Of a DNA stretch of 64,000 nt, positions 55,701 through 64,000 are shown in pieces. Position numbers and translations under genes: made by a program. The notes beneath the pieces were generated by a model, which ran no database searches, was not told where the DNA came from, and saw only the letters and a program-made list of their open reading frames with translations. Origin of the DNA: the human T2T-CHM13v2.0 reference genome, Homo sapiens. The stretch lies in the NCBI RefSeq assembly GCF_009914755.1, contig NC_060926.1. The stretch is one strand, 5' to 3'. Every line of letters starts with the position of its first letter. Positions within the stretch are counted from its first letter, which is position 1.

Positions 55701-57598
55701 AACGACCAGAACTGACTCCTGGCCTATAGAGCCACTCCACTGCATTAACCTGGTGAATTGATGGAAGTCATGATTGATGTCATTGATTTCCTTCTCAAAC
55801 TCTTCCTGTACTAACTTTTGCATCTCTCAGCTATTTAGTGACTGTTTGAGTCCTCCCTCCCATCATTCAACTGAACTATGATAACTAGGATTTCTTTTTG
55901 CATTTGGGAGGACAAAATTAGGTAATAAGTGATGAGCACATTATTAAATACATCTCCACTTTATAGTCAACATATTTAGACATTTAACTTCTCATATGAT
56001 CCTTGTATAGAGGACATTTTTCTGTATTTTGGTTGAATGCTTCAGCATGCCTCAGTGACTTGATAATTAAGCATTGATATACAAATTGCAACCTTTCAGG
56101 ATGAATTTCACTTATTTGCTCTTAGTAGAGAAAGTATATTTCTAGGACGTAAAATAATTTACATGTTCGCTGGATTGAAAACTCTTCAAAAGCATATAAA
56201 AGAGAATTTTTAAATGAAGTGAATGGGAAAATTGATTATGAGATTTGGAATTCAGATTAGTATTTGCTTTTTCCCTTCTCTGTTATAGTACTATGATGTA
56301 GCTTCCTATTACAGGTTAAGGTCAAGTTAAGAAGCTGAGTAACCTGGCCAGCAGTCTGCTTCAGGAGAACTGTTGAACCATTAATTAGAGCTGTGACTCC
56401 TGAGTTTGGAAAAGGAGAGGACATTGATGGTTTTCATTTGTTTGTTTTTAATTTATATGCTTACATTGATAGGTACAGTATATATTATACTTTAACAAAG
56501 ATGTCTTAAATCTTAAAGAGTGCTTCATGTTCTTCTTACTGGATTTAAAAGGTGTTCTGGCAGAACAAGGTAGGTTATTGTCATCCAAAATTGTGTTTCC
56601 TATATCTGAACCATTTGATTACATGGGAGAAGAGGCTATAGAGAACCAAATGGTGAGGTGTTACTGCTACACATGTACCTTACATAGTGGAAATACTAGC
56701 CAAACAAAGACAATAAACTAATGCTTTTATCAAGCCAGAATTACAAGTTTCCCAACACATGCATCTTACTTTTCATATGTATATACACAAACATGCACCA
56801 TTGAGCATGCTTACATATTTTAAATGCTACCCAAACACTGAGACAAGAAGGATTCCCATCAGATGTCATTCCAAATTAATTTAGATTAAAATTAAAAACA
56901 AAACAAAACTTTGGATTCATATGGGAATCTTCTCTTGTGGCTAGTCACTATAAATTGGTAAACAAGGCTTGTACATTTGTGCCCTCGGTTAGGCTGTAAC
57001 AGTGGTTAGGCTTAAGCGGTGGTTCCTTTTCTTGACTATACTGAGACACTTGAAGTGCTGAAGGTTGTATTTCAACTTTAGCAAGACCTATGAAAGTAAA
57101 GAAAATCTATCTGATACTGCTGAAAGAGAAATGAACCTGAATGAGACTCTATAGATACTAAGTAATGAAAAATAATTACACTGCTTCATCCTACTCAGCA
57201 AACAGCCTAATTTACTGAACAAGAAATCACAATAGATTTACCCTAATAAAAAACACAGATCAATTGTTTACTTGCAAACCACAACTAATAAAATGTATCT
57301 TAATGAAAGGCATTAATAATTTAGTATTACAATAATCCACAAACATGTGTCTTCCCAGCATTTGTTAAAGAAAAATAAAATAAAATTAATAGCCCTGGAA
57401 TGAGTTTTTAATGCCCTCTAGCAAGAACTCCTCATTTTTATATTGTGCCATGTTTTCCTTTAGTCCTCTCAGGTAGAGTTGGCCAAAGATTTTTATTTAA
57501 TGAGTGAATACTTTTCATACAAATTAATCATGTAGAAATATGAACGAGTTATTAAGGTAGATTTGAAAACTGAAACAACTATATACCAATTTGTATAA

Positions 57599-57971
<373 letters not shown>

Positions 57972-59749
57972 TTATTAGAACAAATTTCATCCTTGGAGTG
58001 CTTATTGAGCATCCGCTTCCAGCCCAGTACTGTTTTAGACACTTGACAAGCTATGCAACTAGAGATCAATGGTCTCATGGGAGAAAAGAAATACAAAATA
58101 ACATAAGTGAATTCTATAATAGGTTAGAAGGTGGTAAATTAGCACTGCCAGACAAAATACAGGAGAAAGATGGCCAGTGATTTACTGGATATATACCTCT
58201 CAGCGGAGGTAACGAAATGTTTCAGAATAATTGTTATACCCAGTCACTACTACAATCCAAATATGGACTTCCTTTACAGAATCATATTTCATAATAAGTA
58301 CCTAAATTCATTATTTTAAAGAAAATGCTAATTCCATGCATCTAGGGAAAAAAAAAAAAAACCGTGGTGGTGCTTTGTTTTTAAGAGATAAATTGGCTTT
58401 TCAACCACAAGTGAAGTATTTCTACCAGTTATGAGGTATATGGCCTCAGAGTCAATACTTTCTGGAACAAAGTAGCTTAGCAGTCTCTCAGCAATTGAAT
58501 CTGGGTTAATGTAGGTTTGTTAAAAATTAGCTCTTTATTTAAATTTTTTAATCTTTAAAATAGTTCTACTTGAACCAAGGATAAGTAATGATGTAATTGC
58601 ATGCCTAAATTAAAATTGGAGAGGGCTTATTGAGTGTTACTCTTGTGAGCATATGTAAATTATCATAATTTCCATAATAAAATAACATGAATTTATTTAA
58701 TTGGTGGATATAGAAAAAGTGACTGCCTTATTTTTAAAAACATAACTTTCTAAATGACACATAAGTAATTTAGCCCTCACCAGATTCTCGTTTGTTACAT
58801 AATGGATGTATTTACATTTGCAAAATTGAGTGTTAAAATGGAAAAAAGTATATATTTTTCCTTCATAATGCTTACATATTAGAAGAGCTTGTTGCCTGAG
58901 TTTACTGGATCTGAATAAATGTCCTCCCTCCCCAACTCCTCCCTGATGTTTTATTCTCTGTGTGTAATCGTAGCTTCATTGCTATCAATGCCTTTCCAGA
59001 TACTGTTTGTTTTGTATTCTTTGGCTTGAAAGCAGGGTTGATGAACATTTTTACATGGCACGAAGTGAGAGAGAGTTAAGCAACAACCAAAACTTCAGCC
59101 TTCAGTGTAAGCCAGTGAGTGATTATCAAACTGTTCAGCTAGTAGGTGATGTCTAGAAGTAATGGTTTAACAATATGGGTTATTGACAGGTCCTCATATA
59201 ATGGTAGCAAGAGGGTTACCTGCTGAAAATATTACATCATATAATAACTACACTGTGTTAAGATAAAAAGCCACAATAATAAAGATATGTTTGTGAAACA
59301 ACCAATGTAAGTACAATTAATGATTTGCATTTCAATATTAATATATGCTCATTTTTGACAGGACATATTTTACAAGCTAGAGTAAGTATTAAAGAGTGAG
59401 AAAAAAAGTCAGGGTAGAAAATCTAAATCTAAGACATTTGTATCCCTTAAGAAAAAGAGATCTGAAAATTGTGATTTATTTTTAATGCCATGTGTAAGAG
59501 TTGGTTGCTAACTGGACGACTGTCATTTTTTGGTGGAAGAGAATCCTTGCCAAATGAGATCATACTTTCTGAAACAAATTTCTGACTTTGGTTTTTGTAT
59601 CCTTTCCATCCTTCTAGAAATTGCTTATGATAGATGTAATTACAGTGAACCCTAATTATCAACTTACATATTTGTGTTTCTTATTAGGTTAATTTAAAAG
59701 GTAATATAATTTAGGTAAAATTTGAGATTTGTCTACCACAGAGAAAGAA

Positions 59750-60020
59750 GAGCCTAAAGATTAGGAATGTTCTTAGTCAGTGTTTTGCTAGATAGTAATC
59801 TTAACCTCTTTTCAACTAGACGATTTGAACCTTACTTTTCAAATAGGTAAATCTAAATAAGTCATTTTATGTCTCTTTCCCTTGGTTCCTCACCTAAAAA
59901 TGGGGATAATTATAATGCCTGCTTTACATGGTAATTTTGGATTTAATGTATTATACAAAAAATGATTTTAAAAGTTCCTGACACAAAATAGTGTTAAATG
60001 TGTCAATTATGATTATTAGC
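59750..60020 (+). mobile_element. MIR
   Basis: ccttggttcctcacctaaaaatggggataattataatgcctgctttacatggtaattttggatttaatgta...gttcctgacacaaaatagtgttaaatg. Confidence 0.65.
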
Positions 60021-61786
60021 TACTTGTTCATCTTCATAAAATGTGTCACACTGTAAGTGGTTAATAAATATTTTATCACACAGCAAATCAATAATAAATA
60101 ACACATGGATGAATGAATGGATGGATAATGAAACAATCGGAAAGAGCAGTACTTTTTATTAAAGATCAAATATTTTACAAAGTAATGTTGCCTGTTTAGT
60201 TTCATACATATCTGATTTTAATGACCTGTCAAATACATTTAGAATTCAGAGTCCTGGTGCACAACTAATTCTGATCAGTCGTATTGATCACATTTTGCTA
60301 GAGGGTTACAATATCTCACAATAAATGCTTCAAATAAATACTTCAAGTAAAATCCCAGAAATATTTCATATCTAATGAAAATCATTTAAAAAACTAATAC
60401 TGTGGCTTACCAGCAACAAATATTAAAACTATTTATTTTTTTAAACTGAGAGGGAAAATGAAACCTAGAGACCTTTTAGTAGTTTTAGTCCAATTGAAGA
60501 TATAGCTAGAAATCTCTTGAAAAAGCTCCTTAAACCAGTGGGTTTCTTCTGTTCTTTTTTGTTTCTCTAATGAATATTTTTGCACATATTTTGGCTATAT
60601 TTATAAATGTACTTGAAATATCATTGATAGTAACCTTTGTGGCAAAGCTGGAGCAGTAATATTTATATAGGACAATGTTCTGGAATGAAGCAAGCATTTA
60701 ACACATTGGGAAGTTAGGGGTTGGTTACATATAATCCATCATTATTATAGAATGGTGCTGTCCTGAATTTCATCCATTTAAACAGGTCACTCTGTAATTC
60801 CGATAAAGCTTTTAGAAATTGTTTAACCAGACTGTACACAAGATAATGCCAAGGCTAATTTCTACATTTTAATTAAATGCATGATCACAATCTAAGTTGT
60901 GCCCCGAGTGAGAATATAACATGAGGGCACAGCTCATCCATGTTCTACTTGATTGCAAACCTTTTATTTGAATGACTAAAAATAACCTACAGATAAAAAC
61001 GTATGCCTAGCTCAATAATACAATTAGAAAATATTTCCTCTATGGACTACTCCTCTTTTTATAATTATTAACTTAAAATGCATTTCAGAGATGGTATAGA
61101 GACAGCCTGGACCAGGTATTATTTCCCAATATAACAGTTTAACAAGACGGCAAAGCATATTCCATTGTGCTACAAATTATTGCACAGGGCCTTCTCAGGG
61201 TTGGAAGCAGCAAATTTCTACATCCTTTTAATCACTGGCCTCCTTGCTGAGGCAGTCAGTATGAGTGGAGAGACCACAGGCAATGGTGTATGCTCTTCAC
61301 CTCATTTACCCAGCAAATGCTTTACCCAGGGAACCATAACATCAGCCGGCAGGAATGACAATTTAAACCTACCAATACAAATGGGGATCCTAAGGCTTTC
61401 ATTCACTCCTTCATTGCAGACTGCCTTAGATCCTATGTAATTGCACCTTCCCTTCTCACACTGCACTATGAGCAATGAAGAACTGGAACTAGGAAGAAAA
61501 GAAAAAGGATGGCCTCCTTTAGATTTGGGCCTCATTCTACACATCAGTTAGGGGTATGGATAAGGAGAGTCAGAAAACTAGTTTATCTTTCTATCTGCCC
61601 CCTAGCCAAACATCTACTTACCTTCTACTCATTCAGGCACAGGTTAAATTTTGCTTTTTCAGGGAAGCATTCTCTGCCTACCCAGAGTGGGTAAATTTAT
61701 TTCATTGCTAATCCCATATGTTTTTACAGAACTCTTTATCATTTTTGCTACTATGAAAATGGAAATTAAATCACTCACAGTATTAG

Positions 61787-61877
61787 TAACTTTGTTACCT
61801 AGCTATGTTACATAACTTTGTTACATAACTATGTTAGATAACTTTGTTGCATAACTATCTTACATAACTTTGTTAAC
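61787..61877. repeat. 13-bp minisatellite, 7 units (TAACT[T/A]TGTTACA), within an L2-like segment
   Basis: Units: taactttgttacc, tagctatgttaca, taactttgttaca, taactatgttaga, taactttgttgca, taactatcttaca, taactttgttaac. Confidence 0.93.
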
Positions 61878-63079
61878 CTATGATGCTAGTGACAGAGTGG
61901 CAGTTTTTGTTTTTTCATTGATATTAACCCAGCACTTAGAACAATGTCAGTATATGGTAAATAGGCAACACGCATTTTCAGATAAATAAATGAGCAAACT
62001 TGTTTATGTCTAGCTTAAAAACAATTCTAATTTTACTTACCAAATTACAATGGGCATGATAAAAAGAAGACTCACATCCACTGAAACCTCTTTGTCTTAG
62101 AACATTTTGTGTTCAAATATATCAGTTCAGATATCATAGGAGAAAATTATTGTGTCAAACTACTATAAAGTTATATAGTTAAATTTGAAACATCATGATT
62201 TAAGGTGCTAAATATTGACATAATTCAATTATTTTCTTATTAGACAATTTCAATCATATTCCCAAAACAGCATTGTCTAAAAGCATTTGAGATGCTATGA
62301 TTATATAGACTTCTATATTCTTATTCCAATGAGATTAGAATTTTCAAAATTTCTTCATGTTTGCCTTATACCTATTTGGTACTTTCTCAACTTCTTGAAC
62401 TTTTCTCTTGTCAAAAACTTAATCTCTTTTATTCAATTTAAATATATTTAAATATATTTTATCACCTGAAAATTAGCTAATCTTAATAGGTGGCAAATGA
62501 TTCCTGTAAATAATTCAGTACTGTTATGGTCTTCATTTTCAGGAAAAAAAAATTCACTAACAGGTATTTTAAGAATCTTTCAGCTTCAAGGTTATTTTTT
62601 AGATAGAAAACAATGACTGAATTTATCAAAGTAATATCACAGTCTTTTTTCCCATAAAGACCTCTGCAGTAATTTTTAATAAACCAGTTATATTAGTTTA
62701 AAAACAAAAAGCAAATGGGATCAGGTTTAAATAAGAATAAAAAACTGCTTGGAGGTACAAATGGAAGAATTCATAGAAAAAAAATGCTGGTTTTTGGAAA
62801 TATCAAATACGTTTCCAGTTTATTTAGGCAAATGCATTAAATTTAATAATTTTCCGCAAGATAATAGCTATTCCTCTCTTCAGGTAGATTCATATATATG
62901 AAAATATCAGCTTAAAATTGTGAAGCCTCCTAGAGGGAGGGAAGCAGACAGAAGTTTAGGGGGACTGCAGTGTCTGAGGCATTCTTCCTTTAGGCCACCC
63001 ATTCTTACCTTAAGTCATATGGAAGGGATAAAACTGACTCTAGTCTTTTGTACCTCTCTGAGGGTAGACATTTCTAGCC

Positions 63080-63960
63080 AAAGCTGAGACATTAAATGCA
63101 AAAAGTGGGAGATACTAGAGAAATGCAAACACTGAAAATGAAAGACAATATCATTACTTATAACAGCAGAAGCAGAGCTAACATAGAAAAATAACAAGAA
63201 TATAAAAGAAACATTATAAACATTGTCAGAAGAATATAGGAGAACTGGAAAATACTGAAAAGAAAACAATTACTTTTTAAAAAGAGAAAGGATATAAAAT
63301 ATCATGACAAATAAAAATGTCACTGTATATGTTGAACAGCAGAACAGATTAATCTGAAGGAAAAAATAATGAGCTGAAACTTCAGGCCATAGAACTCTCT
63401 CAGAAGGTACCAAAAGGAAATTTAAAGAGAGAGAGAGAGAGAACAGTTGAGAGATGTGAAAAATAGGAGAAAATAGGAGAAGACAATAACGGTAAAAGTT
63501 AATGATGTAAAGAGTAAAAATGGACAGAAATAATTAACAAAACCACAAGCTTTGCAAAGACAGATTTCTGCAAACAAGGAAAAAAGATGAGTAGACTAAA
63601 AAATACAGAAAGGAAAATAGGAAATTTTATAGATGTTGTAAAAATTTTATTTAATAAAAGAATAACCAAGTAGGCATTATTACATTTAAATATGTAGCTA
63701 AAATTGATAACTTTCTGGGAAAATATATATGATAAATTAAAAAGAAGAAATTGGGAATGTAAATAAACCATTAATCATGAAAGACTTTGAAATGGCAATG
63801 AAAGCACTATCCCAGATACTTCACAAAATTCCCAAGATTGTATAGATATGTTTTACCGACATTTTTGGAACAGGTTATCTTTATATTAAATAAATTGTTC
63901 TAAAAAATAAAAAAATGTGGGGAGCTATTATTCCCTCAATCTAAACCATGTAAACCTTGA
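63080..63960 (+). mobile_element. Old L1M fragments (ORF1/ORF2-derived, degraded)
   Basis: A-rich plus strand with L1-like motifs gaacagcagaacagattaatctgaagg...gagctgaaac, and aataaaccattaatcatgaaagactttgaaatggcaatgaaagcact...ttttaccgacatttttggaacaggttatc. Confidence 0.5.
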
Positions 63961-64000
63961 ACTGGAAAATGATTATAATTTAGTTTTATAACTAACTATA

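Overview
AT-rich, CpG-poor primate genomic DNA, almost certainly human (Alu, L1PA, LTR12 and THE1 elements). It lies inside the giant gene LRP1B (human 2q22, FRA2F fragile-site region), which runs on the minus strand. The only coding sequence is a 123-bp phase-1/phase-1 exon at 27682-27804 encoding the first LDL-receptor class A repeat ([42 protein letters not shown]), i.e. LRP1B exon 2. Sequence to its right is intron 1 and sequence to its left is intron 2. The rest is interspersed repeats (Alu, L1, L2, MIR, MaLR/ERV solo LTRs, hAT/Tc2 MITEs), microsatellites and a few local duplications. Repeat subfamily names come from remembered consensus features, not a RepeatMasker run, and the boundaries of old repeats are approximate. 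I see no new multi-gene system. The best leads are small cis-level features: (i) a (TTTC)n microsatellite that forms a cryptic 3' splice site and possible poison exon 168 nt after exon 2; (ii) a 13-bp tandem array that generates clustered PAR-bZIP D-box motifs; (iii) back-to-back ERV LTR promoters upstream of exon 2; (iv) a tightly spaced inverted Alu pair; (v) a tail-less AluYd-type element with a fold-back junction; (vi) local duplications, one with a gene-conversion-like divergence pattern.
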